This document shows, in pieces, positions 1 to 10,624 of a stretch of 64,000 bases of DNA (positions are counted from its first letter, which is position 1; every line of letters begins with the position of its first letter). Below the pieces are notes generated by a model. That model searched no databases. It saw only the letters and a program-made list of their open reading frames with translations, and had not been told where the DNA came from. Source of the stretch: Ranitomeya imitator (Eukaryota); the NCBI RefSeq assembly GCF_032444005.1, contig NC_091286.1, positions 639,654,001 through 639,718,000 of the forward strand, in the 5' to 3' direction. A program made the translations under genes and the position numbers.

Positions 1-135
1 GGTGCAGTTATCAGAGATCCATCTTGTACCGAGATGTTACATTACAAGGAGAGAGTTTTATTTTCTGACAATTATAAAGAAAGCAAATTAGAAAATGATA
101 TTACTTTATAAAGTATTGATAAGCGCATCTACCAA
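1..135 (+). pseudogene. Possible decayed trypsin-family (S1) serine protease fragment, catalytic-Asp region
   Basis: Frame 1 reads ...HYKERVLFSDNYKESKLENDITL*SIDKRI, resembling the S1 motif H-x-x-Y-x(5)-NDIALLKLDKP. Stop at 109-111. Motif resemblance only. Confidence 0.2.
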
Positions 136-500
136 AGTTTGCATTGAATTTATGGAATGTGAATCGATTGTACATTACTTTGTACATTTTCCAGACCCCA
201 GAAAATAATAAATGTATGTAAAAAAAAAAAAGTAAAACAATTATACCTACTCGGCCCTCACCTGCTTTCTGAGCAGCCCACTCTTGTCTGGCCATTTTAT
301 TCAGTCTGGTCATCTTCGCGGTCTTCAGTGTGCCGTTTCTGGTGTCTTCTGCTGCTTATTATTTAAGTTCCCAGAACTGACTACATTGTGGTATTAAAAT
401 GTTGTGATGGACACACAAAAGATGCCAGAAAACAACAAAAATAGCCGGGTGACCTGACTGAAAAAGACAGGTTAGGGGCATGTGAGTATTAAACAGACTG

Positions 501-958
501 TTAACTACTTGGACAACCCCTTCTCGATCCCTGTTTCCCCCCCATTAAAATACTAACACATAAACTCACCTCCAGTGATGAAGCCGTTCCAGCGGTGTTG
601 GCACCGGTACTTCCAGAGATTGCGTGACATTGTTATCCAACATGAGCCCTGCAGGCAGTAAGCGGCGCCTTCACTTTCCTCACCTTCCGACAAATGTGAC
701 ATCCGAAGGGAGTGAAAGCAGCCATAGTTCTCACTTACTTTCAATGTCAATTACGTTTGAAGGAGAGGAGAGTGAAGCTGCCACTGTTTGGCAGCAGGGA
801 TCACGTGACATAACAATGTCATACAATCCCCGAAACAGCCAGTGCTGACCCACTGCAGTGACACTGGTACCGGAGGTGAGTATAGGTGTTATTTTTTAAA
901 ATGGAAGGAAACATATGAACTGAGAAGCACTTGTCCAAGTAGTGGTCAACCCCTTTAA
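501..958. mobile_element. Degenerate TTAA-type MITE (T2/Kolobok-like)
   Basis: Left end CTACTTGGACAAC is the inverse of TTGTCCAAGTAG near the right end, which terminates ...CAACCCCTTTAA. Internal inverted segments (ACTCACCTCC / GGAGGTGAGT). Confidence 0.5.
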
Positions 959-1361
959 TTTATTATTTTTTTAACCCTTTATCGTCCCATTGATGAATTT
1001 AAACAAATTAAATCACACAGAAATAAAATAAATTCAATGTTTATCTCGCAGTGATTTGCTCATCTATTATAGAATGATTAATAGAGGGTTTAGTGACAAA
1101 CTGAAGACCATCCTACCAGCATCCATCCTCTTTTGTTAATCAAAAGAGGATGGATGCTGATAGCTCAGAGGTGGTTCTGATGGTACTGACCTCAGCTCTA
1201 GGTGGGACACATCGTTAGCCATGACATGGAACAATAGATATGCAGGGTATTTATGTTTCTGCTCATCGTGTGTAAAACTTATTATATTTTGGTTACAATA
1301 TTCATCTCAGATTATAAAAATCAGGTTAATAAAATGCTAGTTACTGTATAAGAAACTTTAC

Positions 1362-1876
1362 NNNNNNNNNNNNNNNNNNNNNNNNNNNNNNNNNNNNNNN
1401 NNNNNNNNNNNNNNNNNNNNNNNNNNNNNNNNNNNNNNNNNNNNNNNNNNNNNNNNNNNNNNNNNNNNNNNNNNNNNNNNNNNNNNNNNNNNNNNATGGA
1501 TATTTGGATGGAAGGATGGATTGAAGGATGGATGAATGAAAGGATGGATGGATATTTGGATGGATATTTGGATGGANNNNNNNNNNNNNNNNNNNNNNNN
1601 NNNNNNNNNNNNNNNNNNNNNNNNNNNNNNNNNNNNNNNNNNNNNNNNNNNNNNNNNNNNNNNNNNNNNNNNNNNNNNNNNNNNNNNNNNNNNNNNNNNN
1701 NNNNNNNNNNNNNNNNNNNNNNNNNNNNNNNNNNNNNNNNNNNNNNNNNNNNNNNNNNNNNNNNNNNNNNNNNNNNNNNNNNNNNNNNNNNNNNNNNNNN
1801 NNNNNNNNNNNNNNNNNNNNNNNNNNNNNNNNNNNNNNNNNNNNNNNNNNNNNNNNNNNNNNNNNNNNNNNNNNNN
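1362..1876. repeat. (GGAT)n-type microsatellite flanked by N blocks
   Basis: ATGG/GGAT repeats at 1496-1576; N runs at 1362-1495 and 1577-1876. Confidence 0.85.
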
Positions 1877-3829
1877 AATACAATATAATCCTGATAACGA
1901 CACACCAGCTATCCATGTGTATAAATGTGCTATATAATGTAGACATTCCTCCCTCACAGATGCACGCTGTGTGATGAGATTATGACATTCTCTACGTCCC
2001 ATCATGCCCGTATTTCCTTGTTGTTCCAATACTTAGACAAGGTAACAATACAACTGCATCGAATTGATAGAAATGACTGCCAGCTCTTAAGTGTCTCCTT
2101 TCTTACACTGTACAGACAGTAAGTCCATACTACACCCATCCTACAATGGAATGCTATAGTGTGGCGCTTACTCGTGGACCACAGCTGCGTTTGTATTGTA
2201 TGACACTGACATGCCAGTCCAGACTAAACATCATATACCGGTCAATAAGTCTCGGCTTTACACATGTCGGTGTTTTCTCTTTTTTTTTACTATAGGCAGT
2301 GATTGTAGTCAGTGCTGTCTTGTACTATACGTGTATCGGCTTATATTCCACCTTGGTGGACGCCCATCCGGCCGTGTATTCCATCTGTCATTGCTGATAA
2401 AATGTGATTCTGAGCATAAACCCGTCATTTCTAAGGATTTAATGCATTTGGCAGATAAGTTAACTTACTTTTTTGGCCAGTGTCTTGACTGCTTCTAGTT
2501 CCATCATCTTTTGGACTACATGTAGCTATAGTCTCCCAATATTCTTAGCCACCTGCTGTCAATTTCATGCTTCTTCCCGAACTACATTACATGGACCAAG
2601 TATTGGGACGTCTTAATCATTGAATTCAGGCTTTTCAGTTCCGTATTTTTTTGTGTTTTAGTTTTATCAAGGTATAATGTACAAAACAAGGAACAAATTC
2701 ACACTAAAATAAAGTTTTAAAAGTAGTTTTCTATTTTGTTTCAATCCTTTTGGTATATAATTGCCCACATTTGCAAATAATGTTAATGCATTTTTACCTT
2801 CTTGCACAAGATCACTTCTGCTGGTGGGCAGCTTACAAACTGAATAACATCCCTAGAAATGGTAAAAGGTACAAGACCTATGAGGGACATTCACTACCAA
2901 TATTTTTTATACTGCAATCTTCTCTGTAGTGCTCACTGAGGTTACTTGCGATGCCCCAGCAGCTCGTCCATGTGGTGTCCAGAAATCACTGGATCCATTA
3001 AGGGCAGAGGCAGTAGCGTATAGTAGGGTTGAGCGACTTTCAGTTTTTTAGGGTCGAGTCGGGTTTCGCGAAACCCAACTATCTCAAAAGTCGAGTCGAG
3101 TGGAATCGGCCGATTATCACGAAAAGTCGGGGATCGACCGAAACACGAAACCCAATGCAAGTCAATGGGGAAGCATAGTCGGCAGTGAGTGGAGGCCAGG
3201 AAAACACCTACAGTGCCCATTTTAATGGCAAAAACATCCATTCTTGTTACTGAAGCTTGTCAATCTTAATTTACCTTATAATAATAGTTAGGCATTGGAA
3301 ATTGGGGGTCATTTGGCTAAAGTTGTGGTGGGTAGGGCTGGTTCAAGTATTTAGTGGGCCCAGGTAATCTGGACCACCTCAGGGCAGTGGAGCAGGGAGA
3401 GGTAAGTATTTAATCTTTGCAAGTGCTGTGATCCTGAGCAAGCAGGGGGGGCCCACTCGTTGGCATTGGCACTGGCACAGGGCCCCTCAAAGTACAGCGG
3501 TGTGTTTGCACGGCGGGGGTGCCTCCCACCGGCAGCGACACTTTTTGCGTACTATGAGGGGCCCTGTGCCAGTGACGTCACCAATGAGTATTCCCCCCTC
3601 CACCTGATGAAGGAACCTGCACTTTCATCTGCACCTTCCTCTTTGTCCCCGTGTAAGGTGTTATGGTATGAGGGAAGGGGAACCTGACTTTCAGCAGGGT
3701 CACATTCTGGCTGTGTAGCATGCACGGGGAATGTAGCGTTCTGGGTCAATATACCAGCAGACTCATCTATCACTGGCTGGGCAATGGGCAGGATGAGGAG
3801 GAATCAAAGATATAGGCCCAAAGAATAAA

Positions 3830-6430
3830 GTGGGCTAAATGCAGTTCAAAATTGGTAAGAGGACTAACCAGGGGGCATTGCTTTGTTCAGTGGAGTACAA
3901 CTGTAATGAGAGGCTGAGACAGTGAGTAGGCCCAAATCAGTAAGTAGGCTAAATGCAGTTCAAAATTGGTAACAGTAGTAAACAGGTGGCACTGGTTTGT
4001 TCAGTGTAGGAGAACATCAAGGAGCGGCAGACACCGTTGGTAGGGCCAACAAAACAAGTAGGCCAAATGCAGTGTTATATTAAAAACAATTTAACAAGAG
4101 CCTGAAGATAGAAGCTAGGGAAAGGCAACCTGGAGAACACCTTGGAGCGGAAGACACCGTTTGTAGAACCCAGACCCAACTTGTAGGCCTAATGCAGTGT
4201 TGTTTCAACAACTATTTAACGAGAGCCTGAAGATTGAAGCTCAGGAAAGGCAACCAGGAGAACACCTTGGAGCGGCATACACCGTTAGTAGGCCCCAACC
4301 AAACTAGTAGCACCACTGCAGTTGTTCGATTAAACAACTATTTAACAAGCGCCTGAAGATTGAAGCTCAGGAAAGGCAACCTGGAGAACACCTTGGAGTG
4401 GCATACACCGTTAGTAGGCCCCAACCCAACTAGTAGCCCCACTGCAGTTGTTCGATTAAAAACTAGTGTTGAGCATTCCGATACCGCAAGTATCGGGTAT
4501 CGGCCGATACTTGCGGTATTGGAATTCCGATACCGAGATCCGATATTTTTGTGGTATCAGGTATCGGTATCGGAGGTGTAAAATAAAGAATTAAAATAAA
4601 AAATATTGTTATATTCACCTTTCCGGCGGCCCCTGGAACATCACCGCGAGTCACCGGCGTCCGGCAGGCTTCTTTGTTTAAAATGAGCGCCTTTAGGACC
4701 TGAGGAATGACGTCGCGGCTTCTGATTGGTCGCGTGCCGCCCATGTGACCGCCACGCGACCAATCAGAAGCCGCGACGTCATTCCTCAGATAAATTCCTA
4801 GAATGAGCGCCTTTAGGACCTGAGGAATGACATCGCGGCTTCTGATTGGTCGCGTGGCGGTCACATGGGCGGCACGCGACCAATCAGAAGCCGCGACGTC
4901 ATTCCGCAGGTCCTAAAGGCGCTCATTTTGAACAAAGAAGCCTGCCGGACGCCGGTTCCTCGCGGTGATGTTCCAGGGGCCGCCGGAGAGGTGAATATAA
5001 CAATATTTTTTATTTTAATACTTTATTTTACAAATTAATATGGATCCCAGGGCCTGAAGGAGAGTTTCCTCTCCTTCAGACCCTGGGATCCATCAGGATA
5101 CCTTCCGATACTTGGTGTCCCATTGACTTGTATTGGTATCGGATATCGGTATCGGCGATATCCGATATTTTTCGGGTATCGGCCGATACTATCCGATACC
5201 GATACTTTCAAGTATTGGACGGTATCGCTCAACACTATTAAAAACTATTTAACAAGAGCCTGAAGATTGAAGCTCAGGAAAGGCAACCTGGAGAACACCT
5301 TGGAGCGGCAGACACCGTTAGTAGGCCCCAACCCAACTAGTAGCCCCACTGCAGTTGTTCGATTAAAAAACTATTTAACAAGAGCCTGAAGATTGAAGCT
5401 CAGGAAAGGAACCAGGAGAACACGTTGGAGCGGCATACACTGGTAGTAGGCCCCAACCCAACTAGTAGCCCCACTGCAGTTGTCCGATTTAAAAACCATT
5501 TAACGAGAGCCTGAAGATTGAAGCTCAGGAATGGCAACCTGGAGAACACCTTGGAGTGGCATACACCGTTAGTAGGCCCCAACCCAACTAGTAGCCCCAC
5601 TGCAGTTGTTCGATTAAAAAACTATTTAACAAGAGCCTGAAGATTGAAGCTCAGGACAGGCAACCAGGAGAACACCTTGGAGTGGCATACACTGGTAGTA
5701 GGCCCCAACCCAACTAGTAGCCCCACTGCAGTTGTTCGATTAAAAAACTATTTAACGAGAGCCTGAAGATTGAAGCTCAGGAAAGGCAACCTGGAGAACA
5801 CCTTGGAGCGGCATACACCGTTAGTAGGCCCCAACCCAACTAGTAGGCCAAATGCAGTTGTTCCATTTAACAACTATTTAACAAGAGCCTGAAGATTGAA
5901 GCTCAGGAAAGGCAACCAGGAGAACACCTTGGAGCGGAAGAATCAGTTTGTAGACCACAACGAAACTTGTGGCCCCAATGCAGTTTTATAATTCAGACAG
6001 GCTGAAAACCAGCCTTTTTTTTTTTTTTTAGGGGAGAACTGCTGTATTAAGTGGCGCAGCCAGATACTGCTAGTAGACCTTACACCACAAAGTTGGCTCA
6101 CTGCAGGTTGAAAAAAAGGTACATGGGTACACGGTCAGCATTGGTGTGCTCAGCGGAGGACAAATGGAAGGATGGACCGCAGACAGACTTAGCAGGCCTA
6201 CAATAAAGAAAGTAGGCTCTATGCACTTTTAAATAGGTTCCAGGGGTACACAGGCAGCATTGGTGTGGTCAGCGGAGGACTATTGGAAGGAGGGACCGCA
6301 GACAGACTTAGTAGTCCTAAAATAAAAAAAATTAGGCTCAATGCAGTTCGAATTATCTTGCAGGGGTACACAGGCAGCATTGGTTTGTTCAGCGGAGGAC
6401 GATTGGAAGGAGTGTCTGACACAGTTAGTA
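3830..6430. repeat. About 126-bp tandem array inside the hAT element, grading into about 120-bp diverged units
   Basis: TGAAGATTGAAGCTC recurs at 5261, 5387, 5512, 5638, 5764 and 5890. Related GGGTACAC units recur near 6126, 6243 and 6363. Boundaries approximate. Confidence 0.9.
4464..5237. mobile_element. hAT-type MITE nested in the 126-bp array
   Basis: TIRs TAGTGTTGAGC / GCTCAACACTA, with 8-bp TSD TTAAAAAC on both sides and extensive internal inverted repeats. Confidence 0.95.
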
Positions 6431-7033
6431 CTCTCCAAAAATAAATAGATGTTAATGTCCCTCCAAACAACTAAACAAAAAAAAAAAGGTGGCATACTTA
6501 GGTAGAGGGGTGGGTTCCTCTGCTGAGTTTCAGACATAGTAATTTGGCACCGCTAAGTATTTACTGGTGTCAATATAGGACACTGACCCTGACTATTTTA
6601 ACTAGCATCATACATGTCAACAAATTGGTATTGTAAGTGCCAGACATTGAAGGATGTCAGCGCAGAGACTAAACATTGGTGGAGCTGTGAGAGATAATTT
6701 TGCAAGTGGTAGAGCACTGTTTGAGCTGGGGGGGGGGAAACTCTCTTGTGGCCGGCGGTACAGGCCCAGGGCCCTTCATGTTATAACGGTGTGTCTGACG
6801 TTGGTTGCACGCTACCACCGCCAAAGACACTTTATTGTACTATGAGGGACCCAGTGGCAGTTCCGTCGGACAAAAGCGGGCATACCCACCTCTTCAGACA
6901 AACGGCACTCTCACGGGTGCTTGCGCCAAGTGGCGAGACCACGTCCCTGTGGGGGGGAGTTAGCGCATTTAGGGAGGTGTAAACATGTCGTATGCTGGAC
7001 AAACAGCTGCTGCAGATTAAGAGATTGGAACAG

Positions 7034-10000
7034 TCAGTAAGACCAGTCCACAAGCAAGACCTTTTCATAGGAAAGATAGGTGTCAGCCGGGAAAGGTGGG
7101 GCAAAATAATTCGAAATCCATGAGTGGTTCATTTTAATGAAGGTTAGATCATCAACATTTTGGGTAGCCAGACGAGTCCTTTTTTCGGTCAATATTGAAC
7201 CAGCAGCACTGAATACTCTTTCTGATAGCACACTAGCTGCTGGGCAAGCAAGCTCCTGCAATGCATATTCTGCCAATTCAGGCCAGGTGTCTATTTTGGA
7301 TGCCCAGTAATCAAATGGGAATGACGGTTGAGGGAGAACATCGATAAGGGATGAAAAATAGTTAGTAACCATACTGGACAAATGTTGTCTCCTGTCACTT
7401 TGAATTGATGCTGCAGTACCTGTCCTGTCTGCGGTCATTGCGAAATCACTCCACAACCTGGTCAGAAAACCCCTCTGTCCAACGCCACTTCTGATTTGTG
7501 CACCTCTAACACCTCTGCCCTGTTGACCCCTGCAGCTCGTGTGAGAAACATAACCGGCGCTGTGTGCTGGGAATGCCTGAATGAAACGGTCTACCAGAGT
7601 TGCTTGTTTGGTTGCTAATATTTGTTCGAGGTTCTCATGTGGCATGATATTTTGCAATTTGCCTTTATAGCGAGGATCAAGGAGGCAGGCCAACCAGTAA
7701 TCGTCATCGGTCATCATTTTAATAATGCGTGGGTCCCTTTTGAGGATACGTAAGGCATAATCCGCCATGTGGGCCAAACTTCCAGTTGTCAAATCTGCGG
7801 TTGTGCTGGGTTGAGGGGCAGTTTCAGGCAAATCTACGTCACTTGTCTCCCTCAAAAAACCTGAACCCGGCCTTGCAACACCACCAGTTTCTATTGGCCC
7901 TGGAGAAGCTTCCTCATTCAAAAAATACTCATCCCCATCATCCTCCTCGTCCTCCTCCTCTTCGCCCGCTACCTCGTCCTGTGGATTGCCCTGACCAGAC
8001 AATGGCTGACTGTCATTAAGGCTTTCCTCTTCCTCGGCTGCAGACGCCTGCTCCTTTATGTGCGTCAAACTTTGCATCAGCAGACACATTAGGGGGATGC
8101 TCATACTTATTATGGCGTTGTCTGCACTAACCAGCCGTGTGCATTCCTGAAAACACTGAAGGACTTGACACAGGTCTTGTACCTTCGACCACTGCCCACC
8201 TGACAACTCCATGTCTGCCATCCAACTGCCTGCCCGTGTATGTGTATCCTCCCACAAATACATAACAGCATGCCTCAGTTCGCACAGTCTCTGAAGCATG
8301 TGCAGTGTGGAGTTCCACCTTGTTGCAACGTCGATAATTAGGCGATGCTGGGGAAGGTTCAAAGACCGCTGATGGTTCTGCATACAGCTGGAGTGTACGG
8401 GCGAACGGCGGATATGCGTGCAAAGTCTGCGCACTTTGAGGAGCAGGTCGGGTAACCCCGGATAACTTTTCAAGAAGCACTGCACAACCAGGTTTAAGGT
8501 GTGAGCCAGGCAAGGAATGTGTTTCAGTTGCAAAAGGGCTATGGCAGCCATAAAATTCCTTCCGTTATCACTCACTACCTTGCCTGCCTCAATATGTACA
8601 CTGCCCAGCCATGACTGAGTTTCTTTCTGCAAGAACTCGGACAGAACTTCCGCGGTGTGTCTGTTGTCACCCAAACACTTCATAGCCAATACAGCCTGCT
8701 GACGCTTGCCACTAGCTGTCCCATAATGGGACACCTCGTGTGCAACAGTGGCAGCTGCGGATGGAGTGCTCGTGCGACTGCGGTCTGTGGATGAGCTCTC
8801 GCTTCTGCAGGAGGACGAGGAGGAGGGGGGGCGAACGCCTACAGTCAACTGTTTCCTAGACCGTGGGCTAGGCAGAACTGTCCCAATATTGCTGTCCCCT
8901 GTGGACCCTGCATCCACCACATTAACCCAGTGTGCCGTGATGGACACGTAATGTCCCTGGTCATGCCTACTGGTCCATGCATCTGTTGTCAGGTGCACCT
9001 TTGTACTCACAGATTGCCTGAGTGCATGGACGATGCGGTCTTTTACATGCTGGTGGAGGGCTGGGATGGCTTTTCTCGAAAAGAAGTGTCGACTGGGTAG
9101 CTCGTAGCGTGGTTCAGCGTAGTCCATCAGGGCTTTGAAAGCATCGCTTTCAACTAACCGGTAGGGCATCATCTCTAATGAGATTAGTCTAGCAATGTGG
9201 GCGTTCAAACACTGTGTACGCGGATGCGAGGATGAGTACTTCCTTTTCCTAACGATAGTCTCATGTAGGGTGAGCTGGACTGTAGAGATGTAGATCGTGG
9301 AACTAGCGGGGGTGCCAGTGGACATGGCAGACTGAGAGAGGGTTGGAGATGGTATTCTTGCTGGTGCCCTACATGCAGTGTTTCCTACCACGAACCTGGT
9401 GATTCCCTGACTGCTTTGGCCTGGCGACGAAACCTGCACATTTACTGCAGGTGGTGCGGGAAATGGTGGGATTACAGTGAGGGAAGGGATGTAGTGTTGC
9501 TGACTAGCTTCATTGGACGAGGGTGCTACAACTTTAAGGGACGTTTGGTAGTTAGTCCAGGCTTGCAAATGCATGGTGGTTAAATGTCTACGCACGCAAC
9601 TTGTATTTAGACTTTTAAGATTCTGACCTCTGCTTAAGGTAGTTGAACATTTTTGACAGATGACTTTGCGCTGATCATTTGGATGTTGTTTAAAAAAATG
9701 CCAGACTGCACTCTTTCTACTATCGGATACCTTTTCAGGCATTGCAGACTTAGCTTCTTTAACCGGATGGCCACGCTGTCCTATAACTGGTTTTGGTTTT
9801 GCCACGCGTTTTTGGCCAGATAAGGGCCTGGCAGATGGAACCTGTTGCGATGTTGATGCCTTCTGCGGCTCCTCCTCCTCCGCTTCAGAGCTACTGCCGC
9901 CTGCACCCTGTTCCCCCAATGGCTGCCAATCGGGGTCAACAACTGGGTCATCTATGACCTCCTCTTCTATCTCGTGTGCAACTTCGTCTGTGTCACCATG

Positions 10001-10147
10001 TATGCCGGTGGTATAGCGTTCGTGACGGGGCACCATAGTCTCATCAGGGTCTGATTCTGGATCAGTACACTGCGAGGGCAATGTTCTGTTCTGAGTCAAA
10101 GGAACAGCATAGTAATCTGGCTGTGGCTGTGCATCTGTGCACTCCAT
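7034..10147 (-). CDS. hAT transposase (BED zinc finger, DDE core, hAT dimerisation domain), 1037-aa ORF
   Basis: BED finger AVWHFF..VICQKC..RRHLTTMH; core motifs HLTTDAWTS, VVSDNGRN, CLAHTLNL, ATRWNST; C-terminal YW..WPELA..ACPAASVLSERVFSAAG..RTRL. Confidence 0.95.
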   Translation of the reverse strand: MECTDAQPQPDYYAVPLTQNRTLPSQCTDPESDPDETMVPRHERYTTGIHGDTDEVAHEIEEEVIDDPVVDPDWQPLGEQGAGGSSSEAEEEEPQKASTSQQVPSARPLSGQKRVAKPKPVIGQRGHPVKEAKSAMPEKVSDSRKSAVWHFFKQHPNDQRKVICQKCSTTLSRGQNLKSLNTSCVRRHLTTMHLQAWTNYQTSLKVVAPSSNEASQQHYIPSLTVIPPFPAPPAVNVQVSSPGQSSQGITRFVVGNTACRAPARIPSPTLSQSAMSTGTPASSTIYISTVQLTLHETIVRKRKYSSSHPRTQCLNAHIARLISLEMMPYRLVESDAFKALMDYAEPRYELPSRHFFSRKAIPALHQHVKDRIVHALRQSVSTKVHLTTDAWTSRHDQGHYVSITAHWVNVVDAGSTGDSNIGTVLPSPRSRKQLTVGVRPPSSSSSCRSESSSTDRSRTSTPSAAATVAHEVSHYGTASGKRQQAVLAMKCLGDNRHTAEVLSEFLQKETQSWLGSVHIEAGKVVSDNGRNFMAAIALLQLKHIPCLAHTLNLVVQCFLKSYPGLPDLLLKVRRLCTHIRRSPVHSSCMQNHQRSLNLPQHRLIIDVATRWNSTLHMLQRLCELRHAVMYLWEDTHTRAGSWMADMELSGGQWSKVQDLCQVLQCFQECTRLVSADNAIISMSIPLMCLLMQSLTHIKEQASAAEEEESLNDSQPLSGQGNPQDEVAGEEEEDEEDDGDEYFLNEEASPGPIETGGVARPGSGFLRETSDVDLPETAPQPSTTADLTTGSLAHMADYALRILKRDPRIIKMMTDDDYWLACLLDPRYKGKLQNIMPHENLEQILATKQATLVDRFIQAFPAHSAGYVSHTSCRGQQGRGVRGAQIRSGVGQRGFLTRLWSDFAMTADRTGTAASIQSDRRQHLSSMVTNYFSSLIDVLPQPSFPFDYWASKIDTWPELAEYALQELACPAASVLSERVFSAAGSILTEKRTRLATQNVDDLTFIKMNHSWISNYFAPPFPADTYLSYEKVLLVDWSY

Positions 10148-10624
10148 GTCCGATTCAACTTGTAATGGGCATGGCCTGTTAACTATTTCACTTTCTAACC
10201 CAGGAACGGTATGTGTAAAGAGCTACATGGAGTAACCCGTTGTGTCGCCTGATGCATCCTTCTCTGTTGTTCTTGGTGAAGAAGACAAGGAAGCGACTTG
10301 TCCCTGACCGTGAACATCCACTAACGACGCGCTGCTTTTACATTTAGCAGTTTCAGAAGAGGAGGCAAAAGAGCTAGAGGCTGAGTCAGCAAGGAAAACC
10401 AAAACTTGTTCTTGCTGCTCCGGCTTTAAAAGCGGTTTTCCTACTCCCAGAAAAGGGAGCGTTCGCGGCCTTGTGTAGCCAGACGACGAACCTGGCTCAA
10501 CAACTCGAGACTTAGGTGCTATATTGCTTTTCCCACGACCACCTGATGCTCCACCACCACTACCATCATTACCAGCTGGCAATGACCGCCCACGGCCACG
10601 ACCTCTTCCACCAGACTTCCTCAT
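10148..10624 (-). pseudogene. In-frame N-terminal extension of the hAT transposase, cut by one TAG
   Basis: ORF 10223-10624 (MRKSGGRGRGRG...) is in the same frame as 7034-10147 (offset 477 nt). It reads GYSM*LFTHTVPGLESEIVNRPCPLQVESD into MECT with only the TAG at 10223-10225. Confidence 0.85.

Noticed and set aside
1321-2029. Long ORFs spanning N blocks (also 24280-24958)
   Set aside because: Artefacts of untranslatable N runs in low-complexity sequence.
2803-2853. 51-bp AG..GT-bounded open segment (DHFCWWAAYKLNNIPRNG)
   Set aside because: Plausible exon geometry, but no homology recognised and no neighbouring exons identified.
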